This document shows, one piece after another, positions 26,210 to 35,368 of a DNA stretch of 64,000 nt. Position numbers and translations under genes: made by a program. Source of the DNA: Phycisphaerales bacterium. GTDB lineage: Bacteria; Planctomycetota; Phycisphaerae; Phycisphaerales; SM1A02. The DNA is taken from the NCBI GenBank assembly GCA_965227335.1, contig CBDDFV010000001.1, positions 771,627-835,626 of the forward strand, in the 5' to 3' direction. Numbering within the stretch: the stretch's first letter is position 1; every line of letters starts with the position of its first letter. The notes below the pieces were generated by a model. The model was not told the origin of the DNA. It saw only the letters and a program-made list of their open reading frames with translations, and ran no database searches.

Positions 26210-26680
26210 ATGGAAACCACGCTCATCATCCTGAAGCCCGACGCGGTCCAGCGCGGCCTGATGGGTCGCATCATGAGCCGGTTCGAGGACAAGGGACTCC
26301 AGATCGTCGGCGCGAAGATGATGCAGATCTCCCAGGATCTCGCCGCGACCCACTATCAGGACCACCAGGGCAAGCCGTTCTACGACGGCCTGGTCGGCTT
26401 CATGACCTCGTCGCCGGTGCTGGTGCTGGCGGTCCGCGGAATCGGCGCCATCCAGATCTGCCGCAACATGATGGGCGCCACCTTCGGCTCCAAGGCCGAT
26501 CCCGGCACCATTCGCGGCGACTTCGGCGTCTCGAACAGCTTCAACCTCATTCACGGCTCGGACAGCCCCGAAGCCGCGACCCGCGAGTTGAGCCTGTTCT
26601 TCAACGACGGCGAGGTGCTCGAGTACGAGCGGGCGGGCGGCGTGTGGATCTACGACCACTCCTCCGGCGCCCCGGAGTAA
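26210..26680 (+). CDS. ndk: nucleoside-diphosphate kinase
   Basis: METTLIILKPDAVQRGL, GTIRGDF and catalytic His in NLIHGSDS. AGGAG SD 9 nt upstream of ATG 26210. Confidence 0.95.
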   Translation: METTLIILKPDAVQRGLMGRIMSRFEDKGLQIVGAKMMQISQDLAATHYQDHQGKPFYDGLVGFMTSSPVLVLAVRGIGAIQICRNMMGATFGSKADPGTIRGDFGVSNSFNLIHGSDSPEAATRELSLFFNDGEVLEYERAGGVWIYDHSSGAPE

Positions 26681-27156
26681 GCCCGAGGGCCGGGCGGCGT
26701 CCGCCACCCCACCGATGCCTCTGGATTGCGGGAATAAACCATCCGGTTCGCCTATTGGCACAGTGGTGTCATCGGCGTTATCCTCGTCGCGAAAGAAGTG
26801 TGGCGAGATTCCGGATAACCGATAACCCATTCGGGCTTCCCCGGCCGTTTTCATGGGTCGGAATCCTTGTTTCACCGTCTTTTCTCTTAGAATGAGTCTA
26901 AATCCGGGGAACCTGGGAGGAATCTCGTCGTACCAGTGTTGTCTTCTTCAGAGCCCCGGCCTTTCCGGAAGTTGCATCCGGTCGCAGGGGATGGACGAAG
27001 CACATGGAGGAAGGTCAGTTCGGCGTCGGATCGTCTCCGGTGGAGACGACGCGGCCGGCCTGATCGGACACGTCGGGAGAGTGAGTGACCTCAATCCGCA
27101 GCGGGCCATGTCCGTCCGCCGCCCACGACCCCCCGATGCAGGAAGCGAGCTTGGTG

Positions 27157-28206
27157 ATGCGTCAGACCATGATCAATAAGAATTCGCCGCTGGGCCGCCG
27201 ACGTGCGCGCCGAATGGCGCAGCGGGCGCCCGGTCGTCACGCACTGGGTCTGACCCGGTCGGAAGAGAAGGTCCTCGACCGTCTCCTCCGCGAACCCATG
27301 GATTACATCGACTCGGATGAGTTCTACAAGAAGGACGCCGAGCACAAGATCTACGACGAAGCCCCTGAGATTCAGCGGCCGGACGTCTCCTGGTACCGTC
27401 CGCTCATGGACGACCTGACCTCGAACCCCGATCGGAAAGTCCGGAGCAACGGCACGGTGCTGCTCTCCGCCGAAGAAGAGCGCGTGCTGTTCCTGCAGTA
27501 CAACTACGCCCGACACCGCGTCCGTGAACTGCAGGAAGCCGTCGGCCTCGGCGAACCCTCGCCGAAGCAGATCGGTGAAATGCTGTACTGGTATCGCAAG
27601 GCCCGCGGCTATCGCGAGCAGATCGCGGAGACCAACCTCGCCCTCGTGCTCGCCATGGCGAAACGCACGCGGATGAGCGAAGTCGACTTCGCGGATCTCG
27701 TCTCCGAAGGCAACATGGCCCTGCTTCGTTCGGTCGACAAGTTCGACTGCGGGCGTGGCTTCAAGTTCAGCACCTACGCCTGCCGCGCGATCCTCAAGGC
27801 GTTCTCGCGACAGGGCATGAAGCTCACCAAGCATCGCCAGAAGTTCCCGACGGACTTCGACCCGGCGATGGAGAAGTCCAACCATCTCGAAACCCTGCGG
27901 GAGCAGGCCGAGAAGGAAGCGGCCGACGAGGTGAAGCACGTGGTGCTGTCCAACGAGGCCGAGCTGACGGACGTCGAAATCACCGTCATCCACCATCGGT
28001 TCGGGATCGAGAACGTCGACCCCGACGCCTCGCCCCTGACCCTCGAACAGGTCGGCCAGATCATCGGGGTGACCAAGGAGCGGGTGCGGCAGATCCAGAA
28101 CAAGGCGCTCGAGAAGATCCGTCTCACCATCGAGGCGAATCGGGAGCGGGAACTGGAAGAAGCTGCGAACTCCGGTGCATCCGCCGAAGGCGTGACGTCG
28201 AACTGA
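27157..28206 (+). CDS. sigma-70 family RNA polymerase sigma factor (non-ECF, divergent region 2)
   Basis: Region 2 (DLVSEGNMALLRSVDKFDCGRGFKFSTYACRAILKAF) and region 4 (LTLEQVGQIIGVTKERVRQIQNKALEKIR). Start uncertain: ATG 27136, 27157 or 27169. Confidence 0.8.
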   Translation: MRQTMINKNSPLGRRRARRMAQRAPGRHALGLTRSEEKVLDRLLREPMDYIDSDEFYKKDAEHKIYDEAPEIQRPDVSWYRPLMDDLTSNPDRKVRSNGTVLLSAEEERVLFLQYNYARHRVRELQEAVGLGEPSPKQIGEMLYWYRKARGYREQIAETNLALVLAMAKRTRMSEVDFADLVSEGNMALLRSVDKFDCGRGFKFSTYACRAILKAFSRQGMKLTKHRQKFPTDFDPAMEKSNHLETLREQAEKEAADEVKHVVLSNEAELTDVEITVIHHRFGIENVDPDASPLTLEQVGQIIGVTKERVRQIQNKALEKIRLTIEANRERELEEAANSGASAEGVTSN

Positions 28207-28258
28207 CAATAACCGCTCCCGGGATCGATCCCGAGGGCCTCAACGAGCCCCCCCTCAG

Positions 28259-28300
28259 GCGCCGTTCGTCATCTTCGGGTGACGACGGCGCTCTTTTTTT
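28259..28300 (+). terminator. rho-independent terminator after the sigma-70 gene
   Basis: GCGCCGTTCGTCA / TGACGACGGCGC stem (one bulged T), 8-nt loop, then TCTTTTTTT. Confidence 0.8.
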
Positions 28301-28360
28301 CGCTGGGGTCAGACCGGACACCGGCGATCGCATCCTGCCCGGTGTGGCCCGGCAGGGGGC

Positions 28361-29335
28361 TCAGCCCGTCGCCTGCTCCACGTCCGCCTCGGCCGGATTG
28401 CGGCCCGCTTCGATCGCCGCGATCTTGTCGACGCGCCGGGCGTGTCGACCGCCCTCGAAGGGGGCGCTGAGCCAGGCCTCGAGGATCGCCGCCCGCGCCT
28501 TTGCGTTCGTCATGTCCGCCGACAGGCACAGGACGTTAGTGTTGTTGTGCCGGCGACTCATCTCGGCCACGGTTTCGTCAAACGCGAGCACCGCCCGCAC
28601 GCCGTCGATCTTGTTCGCGGCGATGCACATGCCCACCCCCGAGCCACAGACGAGCACGCCCCGGGCCGCCTCGCCGTCCGCTACCGCCCGGCCCACGAGC
28701 CAGGCCTGATCGGGGTAGTCGCACGATTCGCCGTCGCACTGACCGAGCACCTCGGGGACGTACCCGGCGTGCCGCAGCGGCTCGAGCAGCGTCTTTGTCG
28801 CCTCGACGCCGCGATGATCACAGGCGATGGCGATGCGGGTGTCAGGGCTGGCGTCAGCGGTATCCGTGGAAGTGTCCATAAGCAGTTCTCGGAGTCGCCC
28901 CGGCAACAGGGTGGTCAGGGTTTCGGCCAGATGTTCGTACGCGCGGGGGCCCCGGCCAAAAGGATCCTCGATGTCGCCGTCGGGATCGAGGGGGTGGATT
29001 TTCGCGGCGTGTGGCGAATCGGGGGGGAGGAGCGCGGCGGCGGCCCCGGCGTGAGGCCGGGTGAGGGTGAGGACGAGGTCGGCGTTCTCGATCATGCGAG
29101 GCGTCAGCGCCTTGGAGGCGCCGCGATGCTCGATGCCTCTCGCGGCCAGGGCGTCGAGGGTCTCCGGGGAGACCGGGGCGCCATGGGCGGCGGCGACGCC
29201 GGCGGAGGCGAACAGCCAGCCGTCGGACCCGTCCGGGGCGGGGAGTTCGCCGGCGGCGGCCAGCTGCCTCGCCATCGCCTCGGCCATCGGGCTTCGGCAG
29301 GTGTTCCCCGTGCACACGAACAGAATCGTTTTCAT
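28361..29335 (-). CDS. fusion protein: low-molecular-weight phosphatase (YwlE-like) + ribose-5-phosphate isomerase B
   Basis: N-half has FVCTGNTCRSPMAEA (CX5R-S P-loop) and DIEDPFG. C-half has IAIACDHRG, GSGVGMCIAANK and SRRHNNTNVLCLS, typical of RpiB/LacAB. Confidence 0.85.
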   Translation of the reverse strand: MKTILFVCTGNTCRSPMAEAMARQLAAAGELPAPDGSDGWLFASAGVAAAHGAPVSPETLDALAARGIEHRGASKALTPRMIENADLVLTLTRPHAGAAAALLPPDSPHAAKIHPLDPDGDIEDPFGRGPRAYEHLAETLTTLLPGRLRELLMDTSTDTADASPDTRIAIACDHRGVEATKTLLEPLRHAGYVPEVLGQCDGESCDYPDQAWLVGRAVADGEAARGVLVCGSGVGMCIAANKIDGVRAVLAFDETVAEMSRRHNNTNVLCLSADMTNAKARAAILEAWLSAPFEGGRHARRVDKIAAIEAGRNPAEADVEQATG

Positions 29336-29485
29336 GAGATCGACGGCCTTTCGAGCGTGGAGGCGGAGCGCGACCGGGATCGATCGCCGGCGTCTATCTT
29401 ACTCGCTCCGCTGTTGACCTTTCCTGATTGCGGATACACTGTTGCGGAACGGGCGGGTTCTCCGCCCGACGCTGGGAGTGCACAC

Positions 29486-30058
29486 GTGGAGTTCGTCAAG
29501 TACGCAGAAGCCCTTTCGCTGCTCAACGAGCAGGGCGTCCGCGAGCGATCGGTGAGCGAGGACGTCAACTCGTTCGATCTCGAGGGCGATGAGGTCGTTC
29601 ATTTTCTTGTGGCCGCCGAAGGGGCCGAGGTGGACGGGCGGAACAACGCCCGGTCGACCACGCGTCCACGGGAGGAGCTCCCGGCGATCGCCGAGGCGAT
29701 GCTTCACAAGCTGCATCTCGGCCAGGCGCTCCTGGTGCCGGTGGCGAAGTGGCGCAAGGTGTTCGACGCCGTCGCGTTCTCGCTCGCTTCGAACGAGGAC
29801 TGGCAGGAGATCGACGCCACGGCGACCGTCGAGCAGAACACGCGTGATCCGCTGCTGTGCAACCCCGCTGATTTCCACACGGTCAACGCCCTGATCGCCG
29901 CGCTCTACTCGGATGCCGAAGATCGCGATCAGGCGCTCGTCATCACCTCCACCGCGACGCCGCTCATCGTCGAGGTGCTGCCCGAAGGCGCGCTCTCGAT
30001 CAGCGTCGGGGCCCAGGTGCTCGCGGACGAAGTGGCGGAGCTGATCGGGCTCGACTGA
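29486..30058 (+). CDS. hypothetical protein
   Basis: 190 aa from GTG 29486 with GGGAG 7 nt upstream. Balanced, non-Arg-rich composition unlike the overlapping frames. No recognised motif. Confidence 0.5.
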   Translation: MEFVKYAEALSLLNEQGVRERSVSEDVNSFDLEGDEVVHFLVAAEGAEVDGRNNARSTTRPREELPAIAEAMLHKLHLGQALLVPVAKWRKVFDAVAFSLASNEDWQEIDATATVEQNTRDPLLCNPADFHTVNALIAALYSDAEDRDQALVITSTATPLIVEVLPEGALSISVGAQVLADEVAELIGLD

Positions 30059-30306
30059 GTCGCCCCGCCGCCGGCTCCGGGCGGCGGATGCGATCTGACG
30101 ACGGCCCAGCCGCTCACCGGACAGCGTCGGGAATGAAGCACCAGACGCCGTACGGTCGTGTCGGCGGCCAACCTTGTTTCGAGCGCTCACGCCGATCGCG
30201 CCGTCGCCGTTCGGAGGGCCGATCATCGGCCGGTGATTTCCGGTCAGGATGCGGTCCGAATCAGCCGATAAATACGCAGATCCGAATCCCCCGGAGGAGG
30301 TCATCC

Positions 30307-30930
30307 ATGCGCCTGCTGCTCGACGAACAACCCTGTGCGACCAACGCCGCGACCGTCGGTGAAGCGATCGCCGACGCCGCGAACCAGGCGGAAGCCGCCG
30401 GCCGGACCATCATCCAGGTCGTCGTCGACGGCGAGTCCTGGCCGCAGTCGCGTCTCACCGATCCCGCCTCGATCGAGATCCGGGCGGACGAGGTCCGGCT
30501 CGTCTCCGTCCCGCCCGCCCTGCTCGTCCGCGAGACGTTCGCCAGCGCGGCGGAGGCGGTGGACGACGCCGACGCCCTCCAGCAGAAGGCGGCGGAAAAA
30601 CTCCAGGCCGACGACGCCGCCGCCGCCCTGCCCATGCTCCAGGAAGCCATGACCGTCTGGGGCGCCGTCCGCGAAGCCGTGGTCGGCTCGATCGAACTGC
30701 TCGACCTCGACCTCGCCGCCATCGACTGCGGCGACGACGGGCCTGCCTTGCAGGTCGTCGAGCAGCTCGCCCAGCGGCTTCGCGATCTCCGCGACGGGCT
30801 CGTCGGCGCCGATCCCGCCGCCATCGCCGACATCCTGCTCTACGACTTCCCCGAGACCGCCGTCGCGTGGCGCGGCCTCCTCTCGCAGCTCGACGACGCC
30901 GTCACGGCGAAGTTCCCCGAAGCCGCCTGA
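30307..30930 (+). CDS. hypothetical acidic protein
   Basis: 207 aa from ATG 30307 with strong GGAGGAGG SD. Ala/Asp/Glu-rich, helical-looking C-half. No recognised motif. Confidence 0.55.
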   Translation: MRLLLDEQPCATNAATVGEAIADAANQAEAAGRTIIQVVVDGESWPQSRLTDPASIEIRADEVRLVSVPPALLVRETFASAAEAVDDADALQQKAAEKLQADDAAAALPMLQEAMTVWGAVREAVVGSIELLDLDLAAIDCGDDGPALQVVEQLAQRLRDLRDGLVGADPAAIADILLYDFPETAVAWRGLLSQLDDAVTAKFPEAA

Positions 30931-31065
30931 CCGCCCCGCATCCGACGTCGCTCCCCGGCCCTCGTGTCCCCGCCCGCGAACCCGCGCGCCGGACGCCACG
31001 TATCATGCCGGAACACTCGATCGATGTCGTCCTGCGCGGCGGACCGCCGCCCGGAGTCTTCCCCG

Positions 31066-31752
31066 ATGCCCGCCTCCGCCAATCCCTCCAAGATCGACCA
31101 CCTGATGAACAAGGCGAGCGAGACCCTCGCCCACACGCGGTACTTCGAGGCCGAACGCATGGCGGTCAAGGCGCTCGAGATGGCGCACAACGATCGCGAC
31201 TACGAACGCATGGCCCGCATCGTCCTGCCCCTCCAGGAGGCGCGCCGTCAACGCTACCAGCAGGCCCTCGACGAGGGGTCCATCGCGATCGTCAACGAAG
31301 ACATCGCGGACGACTTCAAGCTTCGGCCCGGCTGCTATCTCGTCGAACCGCCGCAGGTCGGCGCCGATGCGCGTCGCCTCCGCCACCTCGGTCTGCAACG
31401 CGAGATCCCGATCGCCGTCCTCTGCTGCGAACCCGTCACCCAGCTCCGTCAGCAGCCGATCGTCGCGATCAATCCCGGGAACTCCTACCGCACCAAGGTC
31501 GACCTGCCCGCTGACTACGACAACCCCGACATCGAATGGTTCGCGAACGCGATGGAAGCGCTCGGCGATTCGGTGATCGAGAACCTCGACGCGAAGCAGG
31601 AAATCACGCGACGCGTCGACACCCTGCTGGAAGCGCTCAACGCGATCCCCGAACACGAACGCCTCCATCAGGTGCTCGAGCAGTCGTGCCGCGATGCGCA
31701 CCACGCGATGATCGAAGCCGCCGCGGAAGCCGCGCGGAAGAAGAAACGCTGA
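31066..31752 (+). CDS. hypothetical protein
   Basis: 228 aa from ATG 31066 (GGAG 9 nt upstream). Alternative ATG 31024 lies 17 nt after a TATCAT box. Lys-rich C-terminal tail AARKKKR. No recognised motif. Confidence 0.55.
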   Translation: MPASANPSKIDHLMNKASETLAHTRYFEAERMAVKALEMAHNDRDYERMARIVLPLQEARRQRYQQALDEGSIAIVNEDIADDFKLRPGCYLVEPPQVGADARRLRHLGLQREIPIAVLCCEPVTQLRQQPIVAINPGNSYRTKVDLPADYDNPDIEWFANAMEALGDSVIENLDAKQEITRRVDTLLEALNAIPEHERLHQVLEQSCRDAHHAMIEAAAEAARKKKR

Positions 31753-31885
31753 TCGTCGCCGGTTTCCGTGGATTGACGTATCACCCGACCTGCCCGCACC
31801 CTCAGTACAGGGGGGACGACGGCGCGATGCGCTGCGCTGCGCGTTCCTCACGCCCCGCCCCATCTGCACCAGAGGAGCCTCGACC

Positions 31886-34351
31886 ATGCCACGAAATCGC
31901 CAATCATGGACGGTCATCGGACTCGCGGCGGTCGTCGCGGGAAGCGCCGCCGGCCAGACCATCTGCGTCAACAAGATCACCGATTTCGAGGCGATCAACC
32001 CCTACGGAGCGCGTCCGGCGATCCACAACGGGCTGATCGCCTTTCTTGGCGAGAACAAGACGACGGGGATCTCGGGGATCTTCACCGCGCCGGCGGACGG
32101 CGCCGGGCCGCTCACGGTGATCGCCGACGAAGCGACGTTCGCGCCGAACGCCGCGAGCACGTTCTTTCAGGCGTTCTGGAACCCGGACATTCATGACGGC
32201 CAGGTCGTCTTCGCCGCCCGTTATGACGGCAGCAACATCGACGGCATCTATCAGGGCGACGGCGACGGGCTGGTGACGCTCGTCGATCATGGGCCGGCCG
32301 ACAATCGTGATGCGATCGGTCCGGAAGGCGTGGTCTGGGAGACGAATGCGGGCTTCAGTACGCCGTTCTTCAAGCCGGTCGGTCAGGCGTGGTTCCCGAT
32401 CGTGTCGCACGGCGATCCAATGCCCGGCGGCGGGACGTTTGTCGATGTCGACCCCGACGATCCGGCGCTGGAGGGCGGCCACGTCACGCTCGCCGCGTAC
32501 GTCAGCCACAAGACCGGCGTGGACGGCGGCGTGTACCTGTACGACGTTGAGACGGACGCGCTCAATCTGGTCGCCAACTGGACGGTTCAGATGCCGGGAC
32601 GCGACGAATTCTTTGACTACTTTTCGCAGGCGCATACGGACGGCGAGCGCGTCGTCATGGTGGGCAAGAGCGGCTTCATCGGCTTCGGCGGTCATCAGGG
32701 GCTGTACACAGCGCCGGCGGTGTCCGCGCCAGGTGAGCCGGCGCCGCTGACGCTGATCACGGAGCTCGGCGACCTCACGCCGGCCGGCGATCCGTTCACG
32801 CAGTTCGGCGACGTCGCGGTGCAGGGCGATCTGATCATCTTCCAGGCGAGCTTCGAGACCGATGGGGGCGGGGGGCTCGCGATCTTCGGCAAGCGGGGCG
32901 ACGGTCCGATCTTCCGGATCGTCGGTCTCGGCGACACCTTCGACGACATTACGCCGACGACGATTGACTGGAACTTCCGCGGGCTCGATCAGAACCAGAT
33001 CGTCTTTCGCGGCACGATCGGACCGCCCCCCGGCGGCGGCACGTTCAATTACGCGCTGTTCTCCGCCACCATTCTCGAAGACGGCGCCAAGTGCCCCGAG
33101 CCGGGCGGCGGCGAACCGCCGACGGAGTTCGAGGCGTGTCGCGAGTGGTCGGTCGCCGCGGCGCCGGACGCCGACACGACACTCAGCGTGCGCGACGTCG
33201 AGATCATTGACGAAAATGACATCTGGATCGTCGGCGGCGACGGGTTCGCCGCGCACTGGAACGGCGCGGCGTGGACGACCGAGCCGACGCCGCCGGTCGA
33301 CGACTTCAACGTCTCTCTCGAGAATGTCGACGCCGATCCGCAGGGGAATGTCTGGGCGGTCGGCCAGTATTACAACGGGTCGAAGAACGTGACCGCAAGC
33401 TTCCGCCGCGCGGCGGACGGCGGCGTCTGGACCCACGTGCCCACGCCGAGTCCCGGCCCCACGTACAACTACCTCTGGGGCGTCGAGGCAATTGGTCCGA
33501 CCGAAGCGTGGGCGGTCGGCGAAGTGTGGCTGTCGAATAGCGGCAGCGAGTTCTTCGTCCTGCACTTTGACGGCGAGTCGTGGAGCGAATTCACGCTGCC
33601 CGATCTTCCCGACGGTCAGTACAACAACTTCCAGGGCGTCTCGTCCAGCGGTCCGGACAACGTCTGGATCGTCGGCACGTCCGACCCCGTCCTGACGTAC
33701 GAGGCGGTGTTCTATCACTACAACGGGGAGACATGGGCGCCGGCGGCGGGGATCAACCAGCCCTCGAACAGCACGTCGATGTATGACATTGACGTGGTGA
33801 GCCCGACGCTGGCGTACGCGGTCGGCAGCCAGTTCGTCACCGGTCTCGGTCATCAGACGTTCGCGATGAAGTTCGACGGCGCGTCGTGGACGCCGATGCT
33901 CACGCCGAACCCGGGCATCGGCTGGAACTTCCTGTTCGGCGTCGCCGCGACCGATGAGGATCACGTCTACGCAACGGGGTACCACTACTACGGCGCCGTG
34001 AACGAACCGATCACGCTTCACTGGAACGCCGGCGCCGACACCTTCGTGGGAACCGACATGGAGATGGTCGGCTACTCGACGACGGCCTGGGCGGCCGGCG
34101 CGCTGCCCAACGGCGACGGCCTCGCGGTCGGCACGATCGGGTATTACGGCGGCGCGCCCGCTGACGTGTACCTGCGTTCGTTCTCGCGCCCGGGCGGTCC
34201 GGCGGATCTCGACTGCGACGGCGCAGTCGGCTCAAGCGACCTCGCCGCGCTGCTCAGCGTGTGGAATACCGCCGACGCGATCGCCGACCTCAGCCGCGAC
34301 GGCGTCGTCGGCGCGGCGGACCTCGCCATGATGCTCAGCGAATGGCAATGA
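31886..34351 (+). CDS. secreted repeat (beta-propeller-like) protein with C-terminal twin dockerin-like module
   Basis: GAGGAG SD. Signal peptide MPRNRQSWTVIGLAAVVAGSAAG. C-half has 6-7 repeats of the type xVWaVG....hfdGxsWt (YCF48/BNR-like). Ends in DLDCDGAVGSSDLAALLSVW...DLSRDGVVGAADLAMMLSEWQ. Confidence 0.7.
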   Translation: MPRNRQSWTVIGLAAVVAGSAAGQTICVNKITDFEAINPYGARPAIHNGLIAFLGENKTTGISGIFTAPADGAGPLTVIADEATFAPNAASTFFQAFWNPDIHDGQVVFAARYDGSNIDGIYQGDGDGLVTLVDHGPADNRDAIGPEGVVWETNAGFSTPFFKPVGQAWFPIVSHGDPMPGGGTFVDVDPDDPALEGGHVTLAAYVSHKTGVDGGVYLYDVETDALNLVANWTVQMPGRDEFFDYFSQAHTDGERVVMVGKSGFIGFGGHQGLYTAPAVSAPGEPAPLTLITELGDLTPAGDPFTQFGDVAVQGDLIIFQASFETDGGGGLAIFGKRGDGPIFRIVGLGDTFDDITPTTIDWNFRGLDQNQIVFRGTIGPPPGGGTFNYALFSATILEDGAKCPEPGGGEPPTEFEACREWSVAAAPDADTTLSVRDVEIIDENDIWIVGGDGFAAHWNGAAWTTEPTPPVDDFNVSLENVDADPQGNVWAVGQYYNGSKNVTASFRRAADGGVWTHVPTPSPGPTYNYLWGVEAIGPTEAWAVGEVWLSNSGSEFFVLHFDGESWSEFTLPDLPDGQYNNFQGVSSSGPDNVWIVGTSDPVLTYEAVFYHYNGETWAPAAGINQPSNSTSMYDIDVVSPTLAYAVGSQFVTGLGHQTFAMKFDGASWTPMLTPNPGIGWNFLFGVAATDEDHVYATGYHYYGAVNEPITLHWNAGADTFVGTDMEMVGYSTTAWAAGALPNGDGLAVGTIGYYGGAPADVYLRSFSRPGGPADLDCDGAVGSSDLAALLSVWNTADAIADLSRDGVVGAADLAMMLSEWQ

Positions 34352-34447
34352 TCTCCACGGGCGCCTGACCCCGACCCGCTCGTCAGCCGGCCGGCGGCCT
34401 CCCTCGAGAGCGTCGTCGGCCGCTGTCATTGACAGCGGGGCGGCAGG

Positions 34448-35368
34448 TCACGCCTCCGAAAAGTCATGCCCCGCCATGTACCGGCCCGTCTCCTGCTTCA
34501 GGATCTGGCGAAGCAGGTCGTTGAGCAGACTCGAGGCGCCGAATCGGAAGAGATCGGGCGTCAGCCACTCCGGACCCAGCGTTTCCTGCACCATCACCAG
34601 GTAGTGCAGCGCGGGCTTCGCCGCCCGGATGCCGCCCGCCGGCTTCATGCCAATCTTCACGCCCGTCGCCCGGTGGTGATCGCGGATCGCCTCCAGCATG
34701 ATCAGCGTCACCGGCATCGTCGCCGCCGGCGACACCTTCCCCGTCGACGTCTTGATGAACACCGCCCCGTCCTCGATCGGGCCCTGCGACGCCGCCGCCT
34801 CGATCGCCAGATCCGATGCGCGGCGGACGTTGTCGTAGGTCTCCAGCTCCCCCGTCTCCAGAATGATCTTCAGATGCGCCGACCCGCACGCCGCGCGGAT
34901 CTCCCGAATCTCCGCCGCGACCTCGCCGTACCGACCCGCGAGGAACGCCCCTCGGTTGATGACCATGTCGATCTCGTCGGCGCCCGCTTCAACGGCCTCC
35001 TGGACATCGCGGAGGCGGACGTCGAGCGGGAACTGTCCGCTCGGGAACGCGGTCGCCACCGACGCGATCTTCACCGATGAACCTTCCAGCGCATCCTTCG
35101 CGATCGGCACGAGGTTGGGATAGACGCAGATCGCGGCGACCGACGGCAGCGGGGGCTCGAGGTCGCCGTCGTACGGCCGGACGCCCTTGCGGCAGAGCGC
35201 CCGGACCTTCTCCGGCGAGTCCTTGCCTTCGAGGGTGGTGAGGTCGACCATCGAGATGGCGAGACGGAGCCCGGCCCGCTTGGAGTCGGTCTTGATCGAG
35301 CGCGTGGTGAACGACGCCGCGCGGCGGTCGGTCATGACGGCGTCGACGGTGCGTCGGGGGCGGGTCAT
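34448..35368 (-). CDS. deoC: deoxyribose-phosphate aldolase (long form)
   Basis: DLTTLEG, DEIDMVINRG and Schiff-base lysine in VFIKTSTGKV. ATG overlaps the upstream stop (ATGA). Confidence 0.9.
   Translation of the reverse strand: MTRPRRTVDAVMTDRRAASFTTRSIKTDSKRAGLRLAISMVDLTTLEGKDSPEKVRALCRKGVRPYDGDLEPPLPSVAAICVYPNLVPIAKDALEGSSVKIASVATAFPSGQFPLDVRLRDVQEAVEAGADEIDMVINRGAFLAGRYGEVAAEIREIRAACGSAHLKIILETGELETYDNVRRASDLAIEAAASQGPIEDGAVFIKTSTGKVSPAATMPVTLIMLEAIRDHHRATGVKIGMKPAGGIRAAKPALHYLVMVQETLGPEWLTPDLFRFGASSLLNDLLRQILKQETGRYMAGHDFSEA

Noticed and set aside
26853-27179. 108-aa ORF inside the long spacer upstream of the sigma-70 gene.
   Set aside because: No SD, odd Ser/Gly/Cys/Arg-rich composition, and it overlaps the candidate sigma starts. 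It is treated as non-coding leader.
30238-30274. Possible promoter (TAAATA at 30269-30274) upstream of the 30307 gene.
   Set aside because: No acceptable -35 at 16-18 nt spacing. It is kept only as a remark because the region is slightly AT-richer.
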